From assembly GCA_947367285.1 (NCBI GenBank), contig CANBDB010000001.1, forward strand, positions 1 through 44,038: DNA of 44,038 nucleotides, written 5' to 3'. This stretch comes from an uncultured Clostridia bacterium. GTDB lineage: Bacteria > Bacillota > Clostridia > Oscillospirales > CAG-272. The translations under genes and the position numbers were made by a program. Below the pieces are notes generated by a model. That model was not told the DNA's origin and did not search any database. It was given only the letters and a program-made list of their open reading frames with translations. How positions within the stretch are numbered: the first letter of the stretch is position 1; each line of letters begins with the position of its first letter. This document shows, piece after piece, positions 34,287-41,732 of the stretch.

Positions 34287-35391
34287 TATCTACCGCCTCC
34301 TTCGTTTCAAAATCGCCCTCCATAAACTGTCCGAAGGTAATGTCCTCACCCATAAAGTTAAGGGTATGCTCATCATCGAAAAGGAGGAATCCGGTCTTGC
34401 CGAGATCCAAAGGTTCGCTTGTAACGATAGATCCGCCGTGGTTTACGCTGACTCTGTTTTCGATGGCGCAGATCTGTTCACCGTTGCTACCGCTTCGTAG
34501 ATGATAAACAAATAACCCACGAGGGATATCGTCCTCCGTCAGCTTTCCGTTTGAGAACAAGCCGGGCTGACCGCATACCGATACCAATTCGTAGGTTTCG
34601 TTTTCGATATTCACGTAGGAGTTTCTCGAGGCGTTTTCAACTAAGCCGTAATCCTCGAGGGAGCTATCCCAAATGGATGCGGCTGTTTCGAGATGATTCA
34701 TATCGTCATAGGGATTCTCATATTCGATCATCTCGCCGCCGCGGTAGGTCTTGCTTCCACAGCTTTGCCACAGATCCTCGTTGGCCCAGCTATGCTTGAT
34801 GGTAACCTCGGGATACATGGAGGAGAGCTTTTCGATGATGGGGTGCGGAGCAGACCAGGCAGTTTGGAAGCAGATCTCGTTGCCGCCGTTGTAATCGTAT
34901 GCGTTATACGAATTCCACTTGGTATTCCACGTATCTCCACGGGTACGCCAATCGTACCATGTGGTCGCGCCGTACTGCATGAGGTTTTCGACGGCTGTTT
35001 TTCCAAGCTGCAGAAGCTCACCTTCGCTGTGGTACAACGTGGCGTTCTGAATCTCTTCCGGTGTCAAGGCGGCATTATGGCGAAGGAAGGAACGGGAGCC
35101 ATTAAGTCTTTCAACCAAAGAAGTGAACGCCACAGGATCCATCTTTTCCTTGCCGTAATATCTGACGCTTGGGTTTACCGATGTGAGATACAGGTTGATT
35201 CCTCGGTCGGTACTGCTTCCGCTTTCGATATCCAAGCTCGGAGGCATGGGTGTGATCTTATTGAAGTCGATCGTACCGATGCCGGTTTGCTCTGCCTCGG
35301 AGCTGTCATCGTAACAGATGGCAGAAAGGATCTCCTTCAGCCTTTCCTCGGGGCATTCAAATTCAAGTCGGTTTATTACGTGATTGGGCAT
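34273..35391 (-). CDS. DUF1281 (Api92-like ferredoxin-fold) protein with C-terminal extension
   Basis: 372 aa. MPNHVINRLEFEC..., IDFNKITPMPPSLDIESGS, WYDWRTRGDTWNTKWNSYNA...FQTAWSAPHPIIEKLS. Confidence 0.5.
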   Translation of the reverse strand: MPNHVINRLEFECPEERLKEILSAICYDDSSEAEQTGIGTIDFNKITPMPPSLDIESGSSTDRGINLYLTSVNPSVRYYGKEKMDPVAFTSLVERLNGSRSFLRHNAALTPEEIQNATLYHSEGELLQLGKTAVENLMQYGATTWYDWRTRGDTWNTKWNSYNAYDYNGGNEICFQTAWSAPHPIIEKLSSMYPEVTIKHSWANEDLWQSCGSKTYRGGEMIEYENPYDDMNHLETAASIWDSSLEDYGLVENASRNSYVNIENETYELVSVCGQPGLFSNGKLTEDDIPRGLFVYHLRSGSNGEQICAIENRVSVNHGGSIVTSEPLDLGKTGFLLFDDEHTLNFMGEDITFGQFMEGDFETKEAVDIEQN

Positions 35392-35395
35392 ATCT

Positions 35396-35617
35396 TCACC
35401 TCTTTCCGTCGTTAAATCTTTTTAAGGCAGCATCAACAAAGTCATCCGTTGTAAATTCGGGTTTGGTACCGGAATTGATCCTTAATGATTGCGTTACGAT
35501 AAACCTCTTAATGAGACTCTTTTCATCGTCCTCGCAAAGCTCCATTCCGTATGTCAGCGCCTTGATTACTGCCTTCATCTGTCTTTTTTCTGCGATGGTT
35601 AGCATTCTTTCGCTCAT
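35396..35617 (-). CDS. Hypothetical small protein
   Basis: 73 aa. ATGA-type overlap with the upstream methylase gene. Confidence 0.5.
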   Translation of the reverse strand: MSERMLTIAEKRQMKAVIKALTYGMELCEDDEKSLIKRFIVTQSLRINSGTKPEFTTDDFVDAALKRFNDGKR

Positions 35618-36816
35618 GATTCTTCTCCTGTTTCTTTTGATTTTTGAAAGCCGGAGAATAAGCGTTTTGCTATCTCCGCTATGCGATGGAAGATGTTGTT
35701 CGCCTTTTTATCTTCCTGTTCAAGCTTTTGGACTTCTTGCATCAGCTTCAGACCAATAGCCGTTACCACGTTGGTTGTAACCGAATTACCCGCCATTTTG
35801 TAAAGCTGTGCTTCGGGGATGCCGATCTCCACCAGCTTATCAAACTGCTCGTCGGTGTAGCCTTGCAAACGGAAGCATTCCTTTGGCATCAGCCTTCGGA
35901 CTCTTCCGTTATATTCCACGCCGTGTTTGTCCATTGCTGTCAGCGTGAACATCGGCTCGTCGGGTTCCTTCATTCGTCTTCCTTGCTGTCTTACGTTCTC
36001 TCTTTCGGGAGTCAGCACGGCTCTTGCGCCTGTGATTATGACGCCTGAATGCTCTCCTTTCCGATTGCTTATACCCGAATCCTGCCTTGCGGTGATACAT
36101 CGGGCTTCGTGCGTAACCTTGGGATCGGCATTCATATCGACGAAATATAGACCTGTTTTCGCTCCCCATCCACCGCCTTGACTTGTCAGACATGTGCTTG
36201 CTCCTTCCGGTGAGTAGACTCGCTGTCCTTGTCCTCCGGGTATAACTTGCTTAAGAGTCGTTCCATTGCTCGTGGCGAGAGGAAATATTTTTCCGGACAG
36301 TCGGCTATCAAGATATCCGACAATATATACCCGCCTTCTTTGCTGCGGGACTCCGAAATTCGTGCTGTTAAGCACACACCATTCAAGAGAATACCCCAGC
36401 TCATGAATCGCGGCAAGGATAGTTCCGAAAGTTTTCCCCCCTTCGTGATTGAGAAGCCCTGGGACGTTTTCGAGCAGAAGATAAGGAGGTCGCCTGGCTT
36501 CAGCCACTCGGACGATCTCATGAAAGAGAGTACCTCTTGTATCAGCAAAGCCGAGTCTTCGGCCGCTGACTGAAAACGGCTGACAAGGGAATCCGGCTGT
36601 GATAAGATCAATTTCGGGGAGATCTTCGCATTTGATTCGGGTTGCATCGTCACAAAAATATTCACCTTCCGTTTCGTATAAAGCTCTGTAGGCCTTTTGA
36701 GCAAAGGGATCGATCTCACACCAGCCTACAGGCACAAAAAAATCGCCGGCATTAGTGAGTCCTGATCGGAACCCGCCAACACCGGCGAACATATCCAAAT
36801 ATCTGATCTTTTTCAT
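35614..36816 (-). CDS. Orphan DNA cytosine-5 methyltransferase
   Basis: 400 aa from ATG 36816 (ATGA overlap); the track ORF extends to 36936. Motifs: I DMFAGVGGF, IV GFPCQPFS, VI ENVPGL, VIII QRRRVYIVG, X AGNSVTTNV. Confidence 0.92.
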   Translation of the reverse strand: MKKIRYLDMFAGVGGFRSGLTNAGDFFVPVGWCEIDPFAQKAYRALYETEGEYFCDDATRIKCEDLPEIDLITAGFPCQPFSVSGRRLGFADTRGTLFHEIVRVAEARRPPYLLLENVPGLLNHEGGKTFGTILAAIHELGYSLEWCVLNSTNFGVPQQRRRVYIVGYLDSRLSGKIFPLATSNGTTLKQVIPGGQGQRVYSPEGASTCLTSQGGGWGAKTGLYFVDMNADPKVTHEARCITARQDSGISNRKGEHSGVIITGARAVLTPERENVRQQGRRMKEPDEPMFTLTAMDKHGVEYNGRVRRLMPKECFRLQGYTDEQFDKLVEIGIPEAQLYKMAGNSVTTNVVTAIGLKLMQEVQKLEQEDKKANNIFHRIAEIAKRLFSGFQKSKETGEES

Positions 36817-37817
36817 TCGAGCTTTACCTCTTCGGTCTGACCTTGCTCGGTAGCTGCGTCGATCATATCCGCAACCTTCTCGGGGCAGAACATCCAGTCC
36901 ACGTGGTGATCCGTTTCCAGTTCGGTCGTGTACCAATACTTGTACGGAACGAGCTTATGGATCTCATGGAGCACTTCCTTGTCATCGCTCTGATCGGAGA
37001 GCACACCTCGTGGTGTAAAGAAATTCGTTCCCCAATGTTCACCCGAGGAGCAAGCGTCGATATCAAGCAGTGCGGGATAGATATTGCCGTCTGCCGCCTG
37101 AACGACGCCGGGGACGGTTACCATACCTGCGGAGCTGTCGATGTGATCGGTACCGTATACCTCGAGGTACTTTTCATGGAGCATTCGAAGCAGGTCGGTG
37201 GGAACGGTCATATCTCCGGTCTTATAGGCGTTTTTCATGCCCACCCATTCGATACAGGGAATGACCTCCTTATTGACCTTATCGATATACGCCATTTGGA
37301 GCTTCTCGCTCTGCTCATCGAGGATCTCATCCTGGGTGAGTCTTCGGAAGCTGTCTTCCTCGGGAATGATACCGAGCCGTCTGCCGTTGTCAAAGGTACA
37401 ATGGATCGTGCCGAGGTCATCGACGTGATCTACCGTTCCTCTTGTGCCGGGTTCGATGGGACGGGGATCGCTTCCCATCATCTGTAGTTCAATTCGTGTT
37501 CCTTTCGGATACAAGGCTTTGTACTGCTTGGCAAGCTGTTCAAGCCTTCTGAAATCGTTCATGTCTTCACCTTCCTTGTAATCTAAGATTTTGAATCCTT
37601 GCGGTAGCGGATCAAAGTCCTGTACGAAGTCCAGCGGTATTGTCTGTCCGTCTTCACCACGGAAGACGTTGACTACCATCGGTACGCCGTAATAGTTTTC
37701 TTCCTTGACAGTTTTGAGGAAGTCCTTTTCGCTGTAGTAGTAACAGCTTTCACCGGTCTGTCCCTTCGTGTCAAGAAAGTCGATCCGACCAACGGGGCGT
37801 AGTTTTTCTTCGCTCAT
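36813..37817 (-). CDS. DUF4314-containing multi-domain protein
   Basis: 334 aa from ATG 37817 (RBS AAGGAG). GTRIELQMMGSDPRPIEPGTRGTVDHVDDLGTIHCTFDNGRRLGI. Confidence 0.55.
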   Translation of the reverse strand: MSEEKLRPVGRIDFLDTKGQTGESCYYYSEKDFLKTVKEENYYGVPMVVNVFRGEDGQTIPLDFVQDFDPLPQGFKILDYKEGEDMNDFRRLEQLAKQYKALYPKGTRIELQMMGSDPRPIEPGTRGTVDHVDDLGTIHCTFDNGRRLGIIPEEDSFRRLTQDEILDEQSEKLQMAYIDKVNKEVIPCIEWVGMKNAYKTGDMTVPTDLLRMLHEKYLEVYGTDHIDSSAGMVTVPGVVQAADGNIYPALLDIDACSSGEHWGTNFFTPRGVLSDQSDDKEVLHEIHKLVPYKYWYTTELETDHHVDWMFCPEKVADMIDAATEQGQTEEVKLE

Positions 37818-37826
37818 AGCCACTCC

Positions 37827-38567
37827 TTACAGGGTGATTGCACCGGTCTGTTCCATTGTTTCGGCTTCGGTAATGTCCATCAAATGCTTCGGATCCACGA
37901 TGACCTCATGCTCATTTCTGCGGTTGAAATATGCGTAGATATGCTCTCGGTCGATTTGTGCTTCGTAAACGGTACCGTCCTCTCCGAATCGGTGTGCAAA
38001 CCAATCTGCGGTATCATAGCTTAATGTCCATGACAGCGCCTTTACATTTTTCGCATTGTGCGAGGTCACACCTCGGTAGACGGTTACGGTATTGTCGAGT
38101 GCTTGGAACTCGTCGTATTCATCCTCGTTCATGAGGAACTGTGGTTGTGCTTTTTTGAAAAGAGACAGGAGTCTGTTCTTGCTCATATTCGGATCATTGT
38201 TAGGAGACTCGGTTCGCACCCACACGTCGGCAAGCATTTCGGAAAGGTCTTGGCTCGACAGATGCGGAGCTGCGTATTTCAGAAACGCAAGGCTGTAGGA
38301 TTTGGTCACCATAAAGGATATCTCATGGGGTGTCCGTGCTTCCTTGATCTGTCTGAGCTTTTCTTCTTGCCACAGCTTGAGGGCTGCGGGATCCGCTGTG
38401 ATGTCTGCTTGGGCAATCCCGCCGTCATCGGTTCGGTATGCCACCACACCGCTATCGGTGAAGGGGTGCTTCACGATCAGCGGAGAATACTCGGTGCTTT
38501 GGATATCGAGATACACAAACATTCTTGCGAGCTTTTTGATCTCGCCAAGGTTGGTTGACAGGTTCAT
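37827..38567 (-). CDS. Two-domain protein; C-terminal domain has an R-S-ExE ADP-ribosyltransferase-like motif set
   Basis: 246 aa from ATG 38567. TVYRGV (R165), ALSWTLS (S179-x-T181), NEHEVIV (E219-x-E221). Confidence 0.4.
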   Translation of the reverse strand: MNLSTNLGEIKKLARMFVYLDIQSTEYSPLIVKHPFTDSGVVAYRTDDGGIAQADITADPAALKLWQEEKLRQIKEARTPHEISFMVTKSYSLAFLKYAAPHLSSQDLSEMLADVWVRTESPNNDPNMSKNRLLSLFKKAQPQFLMNEDEYDEFQALDNTVTVYRGVTSHNAKNVKALSWTLSYDTADWFAHRFGEDGTVYEAQIDREHIYAYFNRRNEHEVIVDPKHLMDITEAETMEQTGAITL

Positions 38568-38965
38568 CAAAGCGTCCTCATCTCATATCCGATGTCTTCC
38601 TGTGCAAACATAGACATATAGTCGTGGACGGTATCGGAAATCTGATCGTACTCGTCGCCGGTCATTTTGAAGCCATACCAACCTTTGCAGCTACCCTCGT
38701 CCCAATAATATGGGTTTGATCCATTCTTCAGCCCAAGGATATCACCGAATTTGAGAACGGTCATATCGATCGTGCCTTCGGTGCGGTTCATGATCGTGAT
38801 CTTGAATGCATCGTAGTGCTTGTGAACCTCTGTGCTGTAAAATTCGATCTTGGCACGAACATCTTTGTCGAGCTTTCCTATCATCATTTTTCCACAGAAC
38901 ATCGCATCGTAGAAAAGCTCGCTTTCACGAAACATTCTCCTGAGTTCATGCTCCATCTTGTTCAT
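38567..38965 (-). CDS. Hypothetical protein
   Basis: 132 aa, RBS GAGGTG. Confidence 0.55.
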   Translation of the reverse strand: MNKMEHELRRMFRESELFYDAMFCGKMMIGKLDKDVRAKIEFYSTEVHKHYDAFKITIMNRTEGTIDMTVLKFGDILGLKNGSNPYYWDEGSCKGWYGFKMTGDEYDQISDTVHDYMSMFAQEDIGYEMRTL

Positions 38966-38976
38966 AGCGCATCACC

Positions 38977-39240
38977 TCACATTGACTGCTCGAAGTTTTC
39001 TTCGGCTTGTGTCTGTCCGTCAACGACCTCGGTATATCGCATATCGAAGTTGCAAAGCGAATAGAACTCACGGCTTGCAAAGGGATGCAGTTCGAGATAT
39101 TCCTCGTTGGAGGCGTTGATGCCAAGGTCGGGATTTCCGTAGGAGTCGGTGGTGTCGTAGACAAGCTCGAGGCTGCCGTCTTCCATTCGGATAGTCATAC
39201 CTGCTTTGATCTCAACACCGTTTTTATCGAAATACTGCAT
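38977..39240 (-). CDS. Hypothetical small acidic protein
   Basis: 87 aa from ATG 39240 (RBS AGAGGTG); the track start 39249 is GTG. Confidence 0.5.
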   Translation of the reverse strand: MQYFDKNGVEIKAGMTIRMEDGSLELVYDTTDSYGNPDLGINASNEEYLELHPFASREFYSLCNFDMRYTEVVDGQTQAEENFEQSM

Positions 39241-39257
39241 GGTGTTCACCTCTTTCT

Positions 39258-39482
39258 TTACATCGTCTGTGTGAAGGACTGACCTTGTTCATTGAGGAAG
39301 CCCTCATATTTTTCTTGCCATCTGCCCAAGGTACGGTTGATGGATTTGTAGGTTTCAAGCCGATCCATTTCACCGAAGGTATCGTCTGCGATATCGAGTA
39401 GGGATACAAGCTCACTCAGACCTTCCTTCATCTTGTCGATACAGGCAAGGGCTTTTTCGGCGTGTTCAATGTCTTTGTCCAT
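39258..39482 (-). CDS. Hypothetical small helical protein
   Basis: 74 aa from ATG 39482 (RBS AAAGGAG); the track ORF extends to 39530. Confidence 0.5.
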   Translation of the reverse strand: MDKDIEHAEKALACIDKMKEGLSELVSLLDIADDTFGEMDRLETYKSINRTLGRWQEKYEGFLNEQGQSFTQTM

Positions 39483-39495
39483 TTCTGCTCCTTTC

Positions 39496-39843
39496 TTATA
39501 GCTGTACGAAACCTTGACCGAAGAGTTCATCGGGACACCAATTCACGTTGAAGTCCGACTCACCAATGCAGTCACAATGACCGGACAGAAAGTCGGGATC
39601 TCGCTGTTCGCGCATCATCATATACGCAACCTCTTCGGGTGTTGCTTTGACCGTTTCACCTTCACCGTAAAGGAAGGCTTGCGCTCTGACGTTTACAACG
39701 GTGTCTTCTGTGATCTCATCAAGGAACTCGTGGTATGCGGTCCAGCCTTCGAGATCATCGGCCTCCTGAGGAAAGCCACCGACAAAGAATTCGGATTCAT
39801 TGTAGTCATCACGCATGGTGACCTTGGAGAACATAATTGCCAT
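39496..39843 (-). CDS. Hypothetical strongly acidic protein
   Basis: 115 aa, RBS GGGAGGG, TAATG overlap with the upstream gene. Confidence 0.55.
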   Translation of the reverse strand: MAIMFSKVTMRDDYNESEFFVGGFPQEADDLEGWTAYHEFLDEITEDTVVNVRAQAFLYGEGETVKATPEEVAYMMMREQRDPDFLSGHCDCIGESDFNVNWCPDELFGQGFVQL

Positions 39844-40700
39844 TACTCGAACCCTCCCATCTTTTGTTCACTGAGGTACTGATCGAACTCGTCGCCGTTG
39901 AGCATGAACCAATCATCACCGCCGTGCCAGAAGCTGACGTACATATCGCCGTCCTCCACGCGAATGGATCGCTGTTCCAAGCCTTCGCCGTAGCCGTCTG
40001 AACACTGACCTTCGAGCCAATCCTTGAATTCTGCTTCCTCATCAGAAGTGAAGGGAGCAGTAAGCTCGGCGCGAATGCATCCATAAAGAACACCGTCAAC
40101 GTTCTGCGTACTGAAGTGTACCTCCTTGAGCTTTCCAACAGCACCGTTGCTACCGTCGAAGTAAGCTGCAAGATTATCTTCGTCCCGAGCATCTTCCAAG
40201 CGGATCAGCTCTCGGATTCGTTCCTCGTAAGGAGCAAGATAGCTGCCGTCATACTCGTCGGGATAGTCTTCCATGTTGCCGTATTCATCACGGCTGTACA
40301 CGTTTGCCACCAACGGACAGTAGAAGTATTCCGTTGTATCTTCCATACGACTCTCGAGCATGAACTTATCAAACTCAGCGATGGAGGAGACCTTTCCGGA
40401 CATCACTGCTTCCATAGCGTCCAGCCTGTTTTGGTAGGGCAGGTTCTGATAGAACTCACACATGGTATTTACGAGGGAGAGAGTATCTGTGGGGGAGATC
40501 AACAGGGCGAGCCTTTTCTCAAACTCGTTGTTTCCGACGATCTTCACCTTGATCGGCTCTTCCTCTTCATCCATGCACTTGATTTCATGTGCCGGCTTTC
40601 TGATGCCGATGGAGCCGAGGTGGTCAGCCATAAGGTAACGCTTGCACGGGAATTCCATGACTAAGGTGTTGCCTTCGTTTTCGATAATTGCTGTAAACAT
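39843..40700 (-). CDS. Hypothetical strongly acidic protein, first gene at the attR-proximal end
   Basis: 285 aa from ATG 40700 (RBS AAAGGAAAAGG); the track ORF extends to 40733. Confidence 0.55.
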   Translation of the reverse strand: MFTAIIENEGNTLVMEFPCKRYLMADHLGSIGIRKPAHEIKCMDEEEEPIKVKIVGNNEFEKRLALLISPTDTLSLVNTMCEFYQNLPYQNRLDAMEAVMSGKVSSIAEFDKFMLESRMEDTTEYFYCPLVANVYSRDEYGNMEDYPDEYDGSYLAPYEERIRELIRLEDARDEDNLAAYFDGSNGAVGKLKEVHFSTQNVDGVLYGCIRAELTAPFTSDEEAEFKDWLEGQCSDGYGEGLEQRSIRVEDGDMYVSFWHGGDDWFMLNGDEFDQYLSEQKMGGFE

Positions 40701-40737
40701 TGCCTTTTCCTTTCTTTCGTATTTCGCTCTCACATAC

Positions 40738-40766
40738 TTGAAATTTTCGTTTTTTTATGGTATAAT
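40738..40766 (+). promoter_or_regulatory. Near-consensus sigma-A promoter facing outward toward attR
   Basis: TTGAAA (40738-40743) - 17 nt - TATAAT (40761-40766) on the plus strand, divergent from the 40700 operon. Confidence 0.6.
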
Positions 40767-40775
40767 GAGGGCAAT

Positions 40776-40817
40776 AAAAAAAGCCCCTTCGAAGATGTTT
40801 CCACCATCAAAAGGGCT
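40776..40817 (-). terminator. Terminator-like hairpin + T-run on the minus strand upstream of the first ICE gene
   Basis: Arms AGCCCCTT (40782-40789) and AAGGGCT (40811-40817). On the minus strand the hairpin is followed by T7 (40776-40782). Confidence 0.4.
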
Positions 40818-40824
40818 ATGTATT

Positions 40825-40910
40825 TGTGGTTTGACCACAATTTGACCAGTATTGAATAAACTATGAACGCGGCCTCGGATGACCAGTTTTGACCACAATT
40901 TTGACCAGTT
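40825..40910. repeat. Five TGACCA(C/G) boxes in two TTGACCACAATT(T)TGACCAGT direct repeats
   Basis: TGACCA at 40832, 40843, 40880, 40890 and 40902, plus palindrome TGTGGT-TTG-ACCACA (40825-40839). Lies 115-200 bp from the att core. Confidence 0.7.
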
Positions 40911-41022
40911 TGCCCGATGTAACACACGGAATTAACGGAAATATCGGAAAGAAACACCCCCGAAAACCGTAAAAATCGGGTCAAAAAGAGCATTTACCAA
41001 GCAAAATAAACTATAATTTTTG

Positions 41023-41067
41023 TTTGGGACCAGGATGCCGCGAGTTCGAGTCTCGCCACTCGGACCA
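41023..41067 (+). other. 3' 45 nt of a tRNA-Pro(UGG) gene = attR core / direct repeat (not a complete tRNA)
   Basis: Anticodon loop TTTGGGA, 3' anticodon stem CCAGG, variable loop ATGCC, T-arm GCGAG-TTCGAGT-CTCGC, acceptor CACTCGG, A, CCA. No D-arm or 5' acceptor strand upstream. Confidence 0.75.
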
Positions 41068-41102
41068 AAACCGGCAGTTTCATCATGGAAACTGCCGGTT
41101 TT
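41068..41102 (+). terminator. Rho-independent terminator of the (original) tRNA gene
   Basis: AAACCGGCAGTTTC-ATCATG-GAAACTGCCGGTTTT. Confidence 0.8.
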
Positions 41103-41141
41103 GACATAGTTTCATACTATAAAGAGGGAGAATACATACAG

Positions 41142-41732
41142 ATGAATTTCCTAGAAGAGAGAATCGTAAAAGACGGCATTGTGAAATCCGGTAATGTTCT
41201 GAAGGTGGACAGCTTTTTGAACCACCAGATGGATATTGCTCTGATGGAAGAAATCGGTCGTGAGTTTAAGCGCCGTTTCGGTCACAAAACCGTCACCAAG
41301 GTGATGACCATTGAAGCATCCGGCATCGGCATCGCCGCTTTTGTTGCCAAAGAGTTTGGTGTCCCCATGGTCTTTGCCAAGAAATCCAAGTCCATCAATA
41401 TCGATGGCGATATGTATGTGGCAGAAGTGGAATCCTTTACACACAAGAACAAGAATCAGGTCATCGTGTCCAAAAAGTTCCTGCATCCAGAGGACCATCT
41501 GCTGATCATTGATGACTTCCTGGCCAACGGATGTGCGCTTCAGGGTCTGATCTCCATTGCTGAATCCGCAGGTTCCACCATTGAGGGTCTGGGCATCGTG
41601 ATTGAAAAGGGCTTCCAGATCGGCGGCAGAGTCATTCGTAACTTGGGTTATCATCTGGAATCCCTGGCAATCGTGGATGCTATGGATGCCAAGACCGGCA
41701 CCATTACCTTCCGGGCACAGGAGGGGCAATAA
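41142..41732 (+). CDS. xpt: Xanthine phosphoribosyltransferase
   Basis: 196 aa from ATG 41142 (RBS AAAGAGGGAG). MNFLEERIVKDG...VDSFLNHQ..., PRPP motif LLIIDDFLANG. Confidence 0.9.
   Translation: MNFLEERIVKDGIVKSGNVLKVDSFLNHQMDIALMEEIGREFKRRFGHKTVTKVMTIEASGIGIAAFVAKEFGVPMVFAKKSKSINIDGDMYVAEVESFTHKNKNQVIVSKKFLHPEDHLLIIDDFLANGCALQGLISIAESAGSTIEGLGIVIEKGFQIGGRVIRNLGYHLESLAIVDAMDAKTGTITFRAQEGQ

Noticed and set aside
40730-40993. 87-aa minus-strand ORF in the att arm
   Set aside because: No RBS and an implausible composition. It spans the TGACCA repeat region and the outward promoter, so the region is more likely non-coding regulatory DNA.
40950-41067. Complete tRNA gene
   Set aside because: Only the anticodon loop to CCA is present. 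The upstream 70 nt are AT-rich and cannot form a D-arm or pair with the acceptor 3' strand (CCGAGTG is expected but absent).
41101-41123. TTGACA ... TATAAA as the xpt promoter
   Set aside because: The spacer is only 11 nt, incompatible with a sigma-A promoter. The TTGACA is part of the terminator tail.
41068-41141. Purine (guanine) riboswitch expected upstream of xpt-pbuX
   Set aside because: Only about 74 nt separate the tRNA fragment from the xpt ATG, and most of it is the terminator hairpin. No three-way-junction aptamer sequence is present.
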